From Paraphysomonas bandaiensis (taxonomy: Eukaryota > Protista > Chrysophyceae): a DNA stretch of 64,000 nucleotides. The translations under genes were made by a program, and so were the position numbers. The notes beneath the pieces were generated by a model that searched no databases, was not told where the DNA came from, and was given only the letters and a program-made list of their open reading frames with translations. This document shows, one piece after another, positions 52,625 through 64,000 of the stretch. The stretch covers positions 1 through 64,000 of the forward strand of contig CBFFRP010000092.1 of assembly GCA_965644295.1 (NCBI GenBank). Direction: 5' to 3'. The number at the start of each line of letters is the position of its first letter. Positions within the stretch are counted from its first letter, which is position 1.

Positions 52625-55275
52625 ATGAAATTTGGCAAACAATTAGAACTAGGAATGTATCCTCCATGGAAAGATCATGTAATACTATACACTACTGTAT
52701 ATCTATCAGTTTATCTAACTATCACTATATTATGATGTAGTATATTGCATATGGACGATTAAAACGGAAAGTAATGAGACGAAAGTTTGTTTTGGATAAA
52801 ATGGCAGCTAAAGCAGATGCATTGACAAAGATATCAGCCATAGAATCTAAACAAAGTTCACCAAATGCAACTGAATTAACACCATTGAAAAGTGGAACAT
52901 CATCTCGAGATGCTTCTATGGAAAGTTCAATAGATGATGGGGATAATCAAGATTTTGCACATGCTTTAACGGATGAGATTGCAAAGATTAATAAGTTTTT
53001 CAAAGCAAAAGTTAATGGTATAGTTATTGTCACAGTGTATCAACAGCTTAGTCTATTCTATAGAGTTACGTGTGGAGATTGAAGATATTTCTGAAAAGAT
53101 CAATGAAGTTCACCAGTCACATCATGTTAATTTGTCAACTGAAAATGTGAGCAAACTGCGGGATGTATTCATTCAACTACTCGCTCTGCGAGATTATTGT
53201 TCTCTTAACCGCACCGGTACTGATATGATTAGAACAGTTTTATTTTTGCTGTATACTTAGCATTCTTTGCAGGTGTCTATAAAATTGTTAAAAAGCATGA
53301 TAAGGTTCTCGGTGAGAAGACACTGGACAAGTGGCTGACTGCTGTGGACCAAGAAGAGTTCGTCACATCGAATGAGATAGAAGCTCTCATCGATGTTGTT
53401 ACTGGCTATGTCAGCAAGAATAAATTAATGGGTATGATCATATTCAATATTGTTGTTAAGGGATTTTATATCTGGTAGTGTACTGCGTTTACAGTAGTAA
53501 CATGTGCAGTACTGTACTCCTGTCCTGCATACTGATTCATTGGAATTTCTAGAGTGGCAACAAGCGGATTTATTAGCGAAAGAGAGTGAACGTGAGCGTC
53601 TAATTCCAGCCGTGAAGCCCCAGCGGTTGGCTATATGTCTGCTATTATTTATCATTTCCCTCCAATTGCCCACTTTGGAAGAACATAATCCCCACGCTAA
53701 TCGTTGTCTTTCACTGGTGATTGTCTCGGTGTCTCTGTGGCTTACTGTCGCCATCCCTTATTTTGCCACTGCCCTTGTAATACCAGTTATGATCACCGCC
53801 ATGGGTGTGCTTCGGGACGAGAATGAAAAGGCCATGACGCCTGAAGCATCTGCAAAGTATGTGTTAAATAACTTCTTTAATCACACAACGGTGAGGAGTC
53901 AACACGTATTAGTGTCTGAGTTAATATATATTCGTTTACATCTCTTCAGATGCTGCTGCTCGGAGGCTATACCATATCTTGTGCCTTTTCGCGCTGTCAG
54001 TTTGAACTACGCGCTGCTGCATGGATGCAAAAGCGCCTGGGTGCTTCTCCTCGTCTATTCCTGCTAGCTGTCATGTTTCTTGGCCTCTTTCTTTCTACAT
54101 GGATTAGTAATCACACAGCTCCTATACTCTGTGCATCCATCCTGCTTCCGCTTGTGAGAGACCTTCCGAATGATTCCAGGTAGTATAGACGCTTCGTGTT
54201 GTCCAACAATATTTAGTTTTACATATTATAGGTATTCAAAGGCACTTCTTCTTGGGTTGGCTTACGCATGTAATTTTGGTGGTATGATGACTCCTATATC
54301 AAGTCTGCAGAATGCTCTTGCTGTATCTAGTCTTGAAAAAGTTGGTATTGTCGTCTCTTTCTCTGAGTGGCTGTTAGTATCGATTCCATTCGCAAGTTTG
54401 TGCACTGTGTTGGCATGGGTGGTGCTGTGCGTGATAGTGAAGCCTGACGATGTGGATAGTATTCCGATTGTCATCTACAAAAGAGATAACAAGCTTAGTA
54501 AGAGAAATATAGCCGTTCTGGTCATGTCATTTTTGGCTATAATGATGTTTGCATTTTTTGAATACATGAAGCATATTCTCGGCGATATTGCAATGGTTTC
54601 TATGATATATGTCGCAATAATGTTTGGAACTGGAATGCTATCTGAGGTAACATTTCATATAAGACGATATGCATATGTAATGTTTGTTTCTAGTTGGACT
54701 TCAACTCTCTTTCGTGGCATACATTATTCTTGCTGGGTGGTGGTAATGTGCTTGGTAAAGCTGTGCAGTCTTCAGGTCTTCTTGACCATTTAGCTAATGC
54801 GTTCATGAGAGGTACTTGGTTGCTAATTACATTTCTTACAATAGATAATGTAATTCCATGCAGTGATACCAACTCACAGTCCATGGATGGCATTGGTAGT
54901 TGTGTTTCTGTTTGCTATGGTGGTGGCATCTTTTGTATCGCATACAGTGGCCTCTATGATACTTATGCCTTTGATTGCTCAAGTTGGTGTCGATTTTGGT
55001 CTGCCGAAGGTGATGGTTGTAGGAACAGCTTTCGTAGGTAATGTCTTATGGAGTTTAGAGGTGTAACTTAATGCTGCCATGTATGTATAGTTTCCGGAGC
55101 AATGGCACTACCATTTTCATCTTTTCCTAATGTGAACTCTGTTCTAATTGTGGACGACTTCCAGAGGCCGTACTTGAGCACTAAAGATTTTGTGTCGACA
55201 GGACTATTGTTGTCTGTAGTTAGCGTTTTTTTAATGTCGACGCTAGGATATTTCCTCATTGGTGTGATTATGTGA
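52625..55275 (+). CDS. SPX-SLC13 low-affinity phosphate transporter (Pho87/90/91, PTC1-like), multi-exon
   Basis: MKFGKQLE, YIAYGRLKRK, LNRTG|VYKIVKKHDK (SPX); LLLGGYTI, WISNHTA, ACNFGGMMTPISSLQN, FVSHTVA, SSFPNVN (SLC13). Confidence 0.92.
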
Positions 55276-56059
55276 CGCGGCTTCCGTGGTTGGTTCCATA
55301 ATAATTATATAATACCGCTTGAGGTATCCTTGCAATTCTACTATTTGTCTTGCCATCCTTAAAGCATTCCTCGGCGCAACGTCGTATTCTTGGCACCCTA
55401 ATTATATATTAGTCAAACACTAATTTGGAGTCCAGTTGTTTACGATCCACTCCAAGGGTGTACCCTATAGCAGCGTCTGTTTTGTTTGGCATTGTTACTG
55501 TGATGCTGTAGTACAACGTAGCTATTAGCAAGCAAAATTAGTGATTAGTTTCGTACTAAAATCTACCTAGTTTGAATCATTTATAAGTTTTACGAGACGA
55601 AATCCCGTAATTCGTCATATAGTTATGTTTAACATTATATATAATATACATCTATTTAATAGCTGTAATCTTTCACCAGTTTACATATAGATTACAATAG
55701 TCTACATGTGCTATTCATGTCGATCAATAAGCCTTGAATATGTGTATTGTTGAGTCCTGCTATATGAGAGCAATTGAAAGCTGTAGTTATAAGCAGGGTG
55801 TTTAAATTACAGTAGTATACAGTTGTACTCTTATTAATCGTACTGTGAAAATGAATGACGATAACTATATAGTAGTAAAAAGGAATATAGTGACGATGCA
55901 AGTTGTAGTGACAACGTAAGATCGTACGAGATATGAGTGGTGGTAGAGACAACATGAAATTGGTGAATGATAAAGATAATATATATATTGATTATAATTT
56001 TATATTTCTCAGTTGTTACCTTCATTTGTTCAGTTAGTACTTCTTATATAATGTCAACC

Positions 56060-56700
56060 TGTGATATGCATATGTGTATACACGCCCAACCACCCCCCAG
56101 GTTGAGCGCTACTGGACCGGCCACATTACTGCCACACAAATGGCCGACGCATTCGGACGCCACCTATCCAGCTCACTGCTCGAACATCAATTCCACGCCC
56201 TAGAAAAATTCATCGCCTCTATCCTACTCCCCCTATATGATGGAGGGCTCCGCATGCTTAGCAATAGGGGACACGGATACCACAACGTAGACACGGCACC
56301 GGCGACACCGGTCCCGACACACGCAAAGCAACGCCAGCCCCAGGATACCCACCCGACACCAAAAGTACTCCAGCTACTCCAGGCGACATCCACCCCACGA
56401 ACTACACTCTCTGCAAGAGCCCAGACCCGACAGAGGCAAGCGCAACCACTCCGGAAACAACTCCTCCTTACGTGTGGCCGAAACCCCACCTCAACAACCA
56501 GCACCATCTCCACCACCGACTTGCACTCTCATATACATCTCGCCTCACCCACCCCCCACATAATCCATGGTACAGGCCCGCCAGACACATTGCCCAAAGG
56601 TAGAGCCCCCGACTAACCTCACTACAAGGGACGGTAGCACCATGGTGCTCGCAGCGATGCGCAAGCAGTCCCGAGACGGTTGCCCGCCACTAGTAGTATA
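56060..56700 (+). mobile_element. 5'-truncated LINE-like 3' end
   Basis: Frame ends PKGRAPD* followed by a gcaccatggtgc stem; similar to 8770-9640. Confidence 0.55.
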
Positions 56701-58486
56701 TAGCAAATCTAGTTATTAGCTAGTCTATAGACATAAACTAGTTTCTGTACGCAACCGTACGCATGTAATAATCAGACTTTCATATATGTGTATACACGTA
56801 TATGATGTTAATACATATAATAGATTACTATCCCCCCTTTTCTACAGAGAATATAAGTAGTCATGTATGTATAGAGTATAGAGACATTATTTCATTTCAA
56901 GTGATATACACTGCAGATCTGCGGAGTGGTGTTACTCTGTGTCACTGCGTACAAGTGGTAACTGGATTCTTCCTTGAAATCTAACCATAAATCCTGGGCT
57001 ATTGATATGTGTTTTTGCTTAATATACAAATATCTTAATATTCCAATTTTAGCAATAACTACGTGCTTACGGGCTAACACTATGAGCTTTGGAAAAATAA
57101 AATTTCACGATCTTCCAGTCCTATTCACTACAGCTTCTACCTATACCCGTGCTTTTGAAGCTTACGTTTATAGTGTTTCAGATCATTCGAATTGTATATG
57201 TTTTTAGCTCACATACAAAACCACCGCTAAAACTGTGATATACCACTTAAAATATTTAAAAGTTACAACGATCAATATTAAAAGTTTTTCTACGTGTATG
57301 AAACTTATACCAATGCTTGGAAGTGATTATTTTTAAATACATTGGTTAATATGACATGGTGCAGAAGTTGCTGGAATCTTTAACCATATCAATGGACTAT
57401 TAATACCTATTCCTACTACATACAAAATAATAGAAATAGTGGCAGGTTAACATACTATATATTATTATATCCACTAAACTAAAAATTTTGAGGTAACTTA
57501 TTTTCTTTCGAGTTGCATATCTACCAAACCACCACTGTATATCAGGCAGGCCAACTGATTTCCCTTCCGCATTTATTTGCAAAAAACCAATAGAGCAGTG
57601 TTTGATCTATTGGATCATACAGCCCTTTCGGAACCGATTAAAGCAATTCGTTCAGACCTTTCCGCTTTAGCATCATATGACTTGTTGGAATTATCTTTCC
57701 CTTTAAATAGGCCGAAATTTTCCAAATCAAATATAGTTTTGAAGTGCTAATGTTTAAGTATTGTCTAGTTAGCTCCATGACCACAGTGATACCACTCACT
57801 GCTGTTGCTGTAGTCATGTCATATACACCAAATTAATCGCAGCTCTGTCGCAATAAATTAGGCTGAAAGGAGTGCTCCAGGCAATAGGACAAGGAAGCCC
57901 AATTGATGGATCGGACTTTGGTGATGCATATGATGCCTTTGAAGTGTATTAACGATATGGTATCTGAGGCATCAATTAGACTCTCAATCTCATAAGCCAA
58001 GTGCATGACACTCTCTTAGCATGACTTATCAAGCCTGATAGTCTGCGGTGCCTACTAGTTTGACATACAGGGTCTAGGATATCATATTGAATATGAGTGT
58101 CGCTGGTGTTAATAAAGGACTCATACAACATATTAATTCGTTGCACCTGTCATGAACCACATCTGGCATTGACCACACCGAGAAGAGTTAGGCTAATGCC
58201 AACCACCCTGCTGCTGTCTGGATACATACTTCTTTGCATGTATATATAGAGCATAATGGCAGTTGAATATCCATGCTGGATACAGTGTACATGGTATACC
58301 GGGTATACAGCTCTATATGGACCCAGTCTACATGAATGTACCTCCCGGTAAACGGATTACTTACATCCCGTGTACGGATAGTGAGCTAGTTAATAATCAT
58401 CATGTAGAGCTATGCGCTATGCATAGTTTACGACCTTCCATTAACTGCCCTTACACACATACAAGTCATTCTACCACTTATATCTT

Positions 58487-59142
58487 ATGGAAACTTCACC
58501 TATAGAACAATCTTCTTCATCAGATATCTCATGGATAAGTCCAAGAGGATCTGAATATCTTTCTCTTACATATCAAACAATAAATATTGCATCAGTTGTT
58601 ACTATGGTACAAGACAACTCGGCAGGTGCAATTTCAACATTTTTAGGTACTACAAGAAATAATTTTGAAGGTATTATATATACATTTAATTCTTGTATTT
58701 GATGTATTACTCTGGTAGGTAAAGAAGTAGTCTCACTTGAGTATGAAGCGTATAGTGAAATGGCCATATCAGAACTTAAAACATTATGCGATAAGGTGAG
58801 ATGATTATATTGTATGAATATATAGTGTAGAGAAATATTGATTTATTGATAGGTTAGAGCCGAGTGGGAAGTTTGTAAAATAGCTATTGTTCATAAGTTA
58901 GGAAATTGCCCTGTCGGAGACTGTAGTGTCGCCATTGCCATATCGTCAGCTCATAGAAAGGAATCACTACAGGCTGTCGAATTTACTATTAATGAACTTA
59001 AGCGTACCGTACCAATATGGAAAAAGGTATGTCTATTTCTTCTTTTAGTTCTATGTGATAACATAGGTCTTTATATTAGGAGAAGTACAGCGACCATGGC
59101 TCGTCTTGGAAGCGAAATGCGGAAGCTGAGATTCGCAATTGA
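58487..59142 (+). CDS. MOCS2B: Molybdopterin synthase catalytic subunit (MoaE-type), 4 exons
   Basis: [17 protein letters not shown]|[11 protein letters not shown]; IAIVHKLG; ISSAHRKE; [11 protein letters not shown]|E. Confidence 0.93.
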
Positions 59143-59492
59143 CATTTGATTTTAATTAGTATATTGTAATTACTGGTATTAGAGAATTTAAGACTGAACT
59201 TCATTTTTTAAGACTGCTTTTTCTATGAAGTACATATAATTAGAAAATGGAATTCAGAATTCAGTATATGTTTATGTCATTCTACTCAGTACATTGCAGT
59301 CGTGTACTCAATCTTGAATACACGCAACAATAATATGCTACCTCACAAGCCTTGATCATCGAACATTATTATATAAAGAACCCGTTTTCTTTTAAATATC
59401 AAGTTTAGTTACAAGACAATAATTGCATATCATTCACAATTAGAAGCAATCAGAGCAGGGTGCACTACAGATGAAGCACTATACTACCTGTT

Positions 59493-60797
59493 CTACGTTC
59501 TTTTCAATAAACTTTTTATATGACACAACATTTCTCTGAAATGAATTGTTTCAAAGTAATAAGAATCTCGACATTGAAGAAATGGTAGCTTCTTTTCGGC
59601 ATTGTTATAGAGACCTTCAATGGAATGGATGCCGCAATCTAATATTGAATCATATAAATGTCCCAAAGAAAAAGAAAATACAACTTCACGTAAAACGGCT
59701 TCCTCTCTCGCTTTTAAAATTTCTCTTTCCGTACCACACTTCCACTTCAATCTCATTGTGGAATTCAAATCTCGATAAATCTTAAATTTATCTCCAGATA
59801 TAATGCGTACCGAGCGTGGTGGCATGACACCCATTGGGTTGACAGTAGAGTGATCTGCGAACCACGCTGTTACCTCACCTGCGACAAGACGAAAATACTG
59901 CCGATGAACTCCACTAGGAACGGGTAATGATTCGTGGGGTGTTCTATCCGTCATCCACACCAGCTCTCCGGCACGCAGAGTCCGCGTCGGTTGACCTAAG
60001 ATATTTCGACAGCGTTCGATATCACCATGACTTCCAATAATGCTTCCACAACGATCATACACTTTGGCATTCCATACGGCACATGTATCTCCCACATTAG
60101 ATGCCATGAATATTCCTCCTGCAATTGTCTCATTTCTAATAATTCCATTGCCCCAATGATGTAGTGCCGCTGGAGTGTACTCCCTGGACGACACAGACCC
60201 TTTAATAGTTTTACTGGCGGACTTTGGTTTACCGAGCAGTGGAAGAACTCCAGGAGATTCCACATGTAGTCCCGGTCTGCGTTGAGGTGTATTTTCTATA
60301 GTACGCCTTTCATCTATTGTTAAATAGGCAACTCCATAGTGCTCATGTAATCCCATTGCACGAATACAGGAAGATATAAGTGGCCAATACTGCTGACAAT
60401 ACGACGGCAAAGAATCCTTCTCTAGTAACATGAATGGCATCATATTAACATACAATTCTTGAGATTGTGGATTATCAGTTTCATATTTAGACATATTAAC
60501 AGGTGGTGGGAACTCCACACCCTCATCTATCGTCATCAGAGGACATCCTCCACAATGTTGACGATCACCAGCATCTGGATATTCATAACTGTCCATATTA
60601 CTGATATCCATTACTGGTATATCATTATGCATGATGTTATCTAGATCATGTATATGAAGAGCCCACCATTCTTCACATGCTAATGTCCATATATATCGTA
60701 AGATATCAGAGTGACCTCGTAATAATGATAATGGTGATTGGGAATCTAATGTACCAAGTAAAAATATTTCTAATTGTGATGGTGAATTCATATTCAT
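59493..60797 (-). CDS. Intronless protein: putative 2OG-Fe(II) dioxygenase-like core with C-terminal SAM-like helices
   Basis: YLTIDE, QRRPGLHVE, GGIFMASN, WMTDRTPHES, RQYFRL; C-term FSLGHLYDSILDCGIHSIEGL. Confidence 0.6.
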   Translation of the reverse strand: MNMNSPSQLEIFLLGTLDSQSPLSLLRGHSDILRYIWTLACEEWWALHIHDLDNIMHNDIPVMDISNMDSYEYPDAGDRQHCGGCPLMTIDEGVEFPPPVNMSKYETDNPQSQELYVNMMPFMLLEKDSLPSYCQQYWPLISSCIRAMGLHEHYGVAYLTIDERRTIENTPQRRPGLHVESPGVLPLLGKPKSASKTIKGSVSSREYTPAALHHWGNGIIRNETIAGGIFMASNVGDTCAVWNAKVYDRCGSIIGSHGDIERCRNILGQPTRTLRAGELVWMTDRTPHESLPVPSGVHRQYFRLVAGEVTAWFADHSTVNPMGVMPPRSVRIISGDKFKIYRDLNSTMRLKWKCGTEREILKAREEAVLREVVFSFSLGHLYDSILDCGIHSIEGLYNNAEKKLPFLQCRDSYYFETIHFREMLCHIKSLLKRT

Positions 60798-60894
60798 TAT
60801 TAGTTTATAGTGTTGTTTAATCTGCTTATGTAGGTATGTGATGGTGATATGATGCAACTAAGCAACAAGGATATACACGCACTATATCTATGCA

Positions 60895-61152
60895 TACATG
60901 TGTATGTATGTATGTATGTATGTATGTATGTATGTATGTATGTATGTATGTATGCATACATGTGTATGTATGTATGTATGTATGTATGTATGTATGTATG
61001 TATGTATGTATGTATGTATGTATGTATGTATGTATGTATGTATGTATGTATGTATGTATGTATGTATGTATGTATGTATGTATGTATGTATGTATGTATG
61101 TATGTATGTATGTATGTATGTACTCTGATAGGAATATGTACATGTATGTATG
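60895..61152. repeat. (TATG)n microsatellite array
   Basis: Direct inspection. Confidence 0.97.
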
Positions 61153-64000
61153 TGTTACGACCCGTGAGAAAAATGTGCCAGTCGATGAACTGGCAGTGCC
61201 AGTTCATCGACTGGCAGTTTTTGACTATCACTCAAAAACCCACCAAGAAAGTGAACCCGTCAGTGAAGTGGGTTATCCAGCCGTGTTTTTTTTCATTCCA
61301 CCCACATACCATCGTAAGATATCGTAGTTGATGATTATCGCTCAATGCAACAGCATGATAGTAATATAAGTGTAACATATATCATTGTATCAAACAAGAA
61401 GGAATGACATCGGTGGTTAAAACTGTCTCATCAGGGAGCACTGTACGACCAGAAGTTGCATCGTCAGTAGACGACAACACAAGATCTATCACTGATTCCA
61501 TTAAAATTGAAGAACACAAACGGCTGTTCTATCTGAATGCACAAAACGCTTTCGCAAATTCAATTAAAATTTTTTCTCAGTCGAAATACCTTGAGATCGT
61601 CGAGTCGATGAAATCATTTGACTCCAAGCCTCATAGGAACCGCTCCTGTCTAGACTACCGATGGCAGAGGTCGTATATTCTGCTGCTGATTCCTGATGAT
61701 AAAGGTAAAAAAGCAATTTCACAGCGATGAAACTCAAGTGAAGGGAATGAGACGACTTGCTTATATTGACACTATTCGGTATTGCCATGTTGAAGAGGGA
61801 GGTCATCCTGGACCTAGGGGAACCCACGAGGCTGTTTGGACAACATTCTAGAAGAGGTTTTAGTCACCTACCATTCTCAGAAACGTTTCTAGCCAAAATC
61901 CAAACAGAAGAGGATCTAGAAGAGCTTGTAGCTATGAATAATGTTATCGAGGGCCATGAACCAGAGAAATGTACAGTTGTGGCTTCAGCGAATGAGTCTG
62001 TTGCAGTATTGGTAAATGAGGACGGTGATACTCCATCAAGAGGGGCGAAAAGTAAAGCAGTGAGTGCCTCACTAGCTGAACAAGGCGAAAGGATGAAAAG
62101 ATTTTCCACGTCTGGCACTCCAACCGATGAGGCGGAACTCCTACAGGTGGGTAGTGTTGTTTTAGTCAAACCACATCAGGTGGACCGAGGACAAGTTGAT
62201 GAAATCAGGTTTCCAGCTGTTGTTGTTGAGGTTACCCCCAATGAATTACTTCGTCTGTACGCTCCCGGGGGGGGGTTTAAACTCGTGTTATAACCGATCA
62301 GATCTGATTCACGAGCCGAATAAGACCCCTGCTTCATACCAACGTCATCTTGGAAACTATGAGAACTGGAGAAATTCGAAGACTATATCAGAGAGAGAAG
62401 CTGCAACTATGCTTTCTCCATCCCTTGGACAGGGGTTTAGTAATTGTAGTTGCAAGGGTAAGTGCAACAGTAGTAAATGTGTGTGCAAGAAGAATGGATT
62501 TCTCTGTAACTAGATGCCACAAAAGCAATTTGCTTGCGTATTGTAACAAGTAGTTGGTGCCATAGTAAACCACAGACTACTACTTAATTGAGTAGAAAAA
62601 CAACCTTAACAAGTAACATGAATCTTATTTGGTACTGGTTGCATGAATCTTATTAGCAACTAGTGATATATAAATCGCTATTTATTAACATCATCAGTAC
62701 ATCAGCTCTAAGTATTTTAGTAGCTATTTACCTTAATATTGTGTCCACTGTCTGCAGATGATGATGATATACTGTCTGCAGATGATATATGTAATGAATA
62801 GAGTGTAGAAAGCCTATCACATAATAGTCATATTATTGAGTAGATCTTGATTCATATAGAGTCGATATTCATAATAATTGTACATATTCAAACATGGAAT
62901 ATGTACAAGCGAAAGCATATACAATAGAGAGTTCATAGTATAAAATAACCCGATAGCTGGTTACTACAAGTAACATGAATATTATTTGCTACTAGTGATA
63001 TAAACTAACATCACTAGTACATCAGTTATAACTAATGTAATCAGTAGTTATCGTACAGCCTATAAGGAGTATCCGCTGTCATCATATATGTAATGAATAT
63101 AGAGTATCATCTGTACAATAGTACTACATTAATTAAAAACATCAGTATATCAGTTATAAGTAATTTAGTCACTATTTACCTTGTTATCGTGTCCACTGTA
63201 TGGGGAAGTGGACCAACTAATGTCCCCCAGGGACACAGCACTCTGCAGTTGATGTAACGCACATACTGGAAGAATTCCTCACCACGGGTTAATGGCACCG
63301 TCGAAGATCCGATGCGAACTTACTCACAGACATTGGTCCAAAGCTAGGAGATATTACAGACCCCAACCACCAATGGGACCTACATCAATACATCCTCAGG
63401 CGAGACAGCACGTACGCTACACAAACGCAGCGAGACCCGCAGTATTGGACCCGCAGTGGAACGAGGCTCCCACACAAACTCCATCCAATCCGCACCCATG
63501 ACTCCCCTAACACTACATCTCTTTCCCAGACCGCATACGCGAAACGGTATACGTCTGGAACAAATCCTATGCAATGGGAAGAAATCGAGTCAAAAGCAAA
63601 ACCGGGAATGACCAGACAACAGCTGCCGCATGCATAGACTGTAGAATCACCAACCAGAGAATATGACAAACCAAGTTAGTAAGACTATAGATATATACAT
63701 AGCTTCTAGTCACAACCGTTCCCATGTAAAAATAAGATATTCTTATGTCTTATCCATGCTCTCATGAAGAAGGAAGTAGCACTGAAGAGGGATACAGATA
63801 TCTATCTTGATACTGAAGGCTGGTAGGCTGGAAGAGCATCTTGTGGGCTAATAATCAGGAGCTCTTATGATTCTAGTTATGAGATGCTGTCTGATGATAT
63901 CATACGCTGGGAATCCGAGTGGACCTCCTGTATACTTGACTGTATTTCCCGTATATCGTTTCCTTTCAACATCATCAAACCAGTCGATGAACTGGCAGGT
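61153..64000 (+). mobile_element. Ginger2/KRBA2-type integrase-like transposon, integrase core deleted; runs to the window end
   Basis: TGTTAC start; ccagtcgatgaactggca motif at 61178 and again at 63980; CHVEEGGHPG (H2C2), VGSVVLVKPHQVDRG, GQGFSNCSCKGKCNSSKCVCKKNG..CN.RCH; frameshifts. Confidence 0.75.
63200..63720 (+). mobile_element. GC-richer insert within the Ginger-like element, possibly a retroelement fragment
   Basis: Abrupt composition change and C/A-rich coding-like strand as in the other LINE relics; no diagnostic motif. Confidence 0.3.

Noticed and set aside
57300-58260. Possible decayed coding or TE sequence upstream of MOCS2B (or MOCS2A as in bicistronic animal MOCS2)
   Set aside because: No sustained ORF, no MoaD-like C-terminal GG motif found, no termini recognised

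Overview
Eukaryotic nuclear DNA with short GT-AG introns, mostly about 46-59 nt. It is probably an ochrophyte stramenopile (inferred from the beta-tubulin sequence and a bipartite-like presequence on HINT). About 15 host genes are present, mostly as divergent pairs: HINT, two head-to-head near-identical beta-tubulins, ALG6, a stand-alone P-type ATPase actuator-domain protein, glucosidase I (GH63), a subtilase, a GH65 hydrolase with a polytopic tail, RLP7/RPL7L1, a GPR137/TOM1-like protein, an EcKL kinase, an EF-hand-like protein, an SPX-SLC13 phosphate transporter, MOCS2B and an intronless putative 2OG-Fe(II) dioxygenase-SAM protein. Intergenic DNA is packed with nested transposons (hAT, MULE, Tc1, an apparently intact DD35D pogo, Ginger2-like, LINE 3' ends, MITEs). 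Long (TATG)n arrays sit at gene 5' ends. The most unusual observations are the spliced mini-gene encoding only the N/actuator module of a P2 ATPase, a subtilase inserted inside a split NIDO-like domain, the dioxygenase-SAM gene, the tubulin palindrome, a ~550-bp hairpin locus, and a promoter architecture of alternating purine/pyrimidine tracts that attract transposons. All family calls are by-eye motif recognition; no searches were run.
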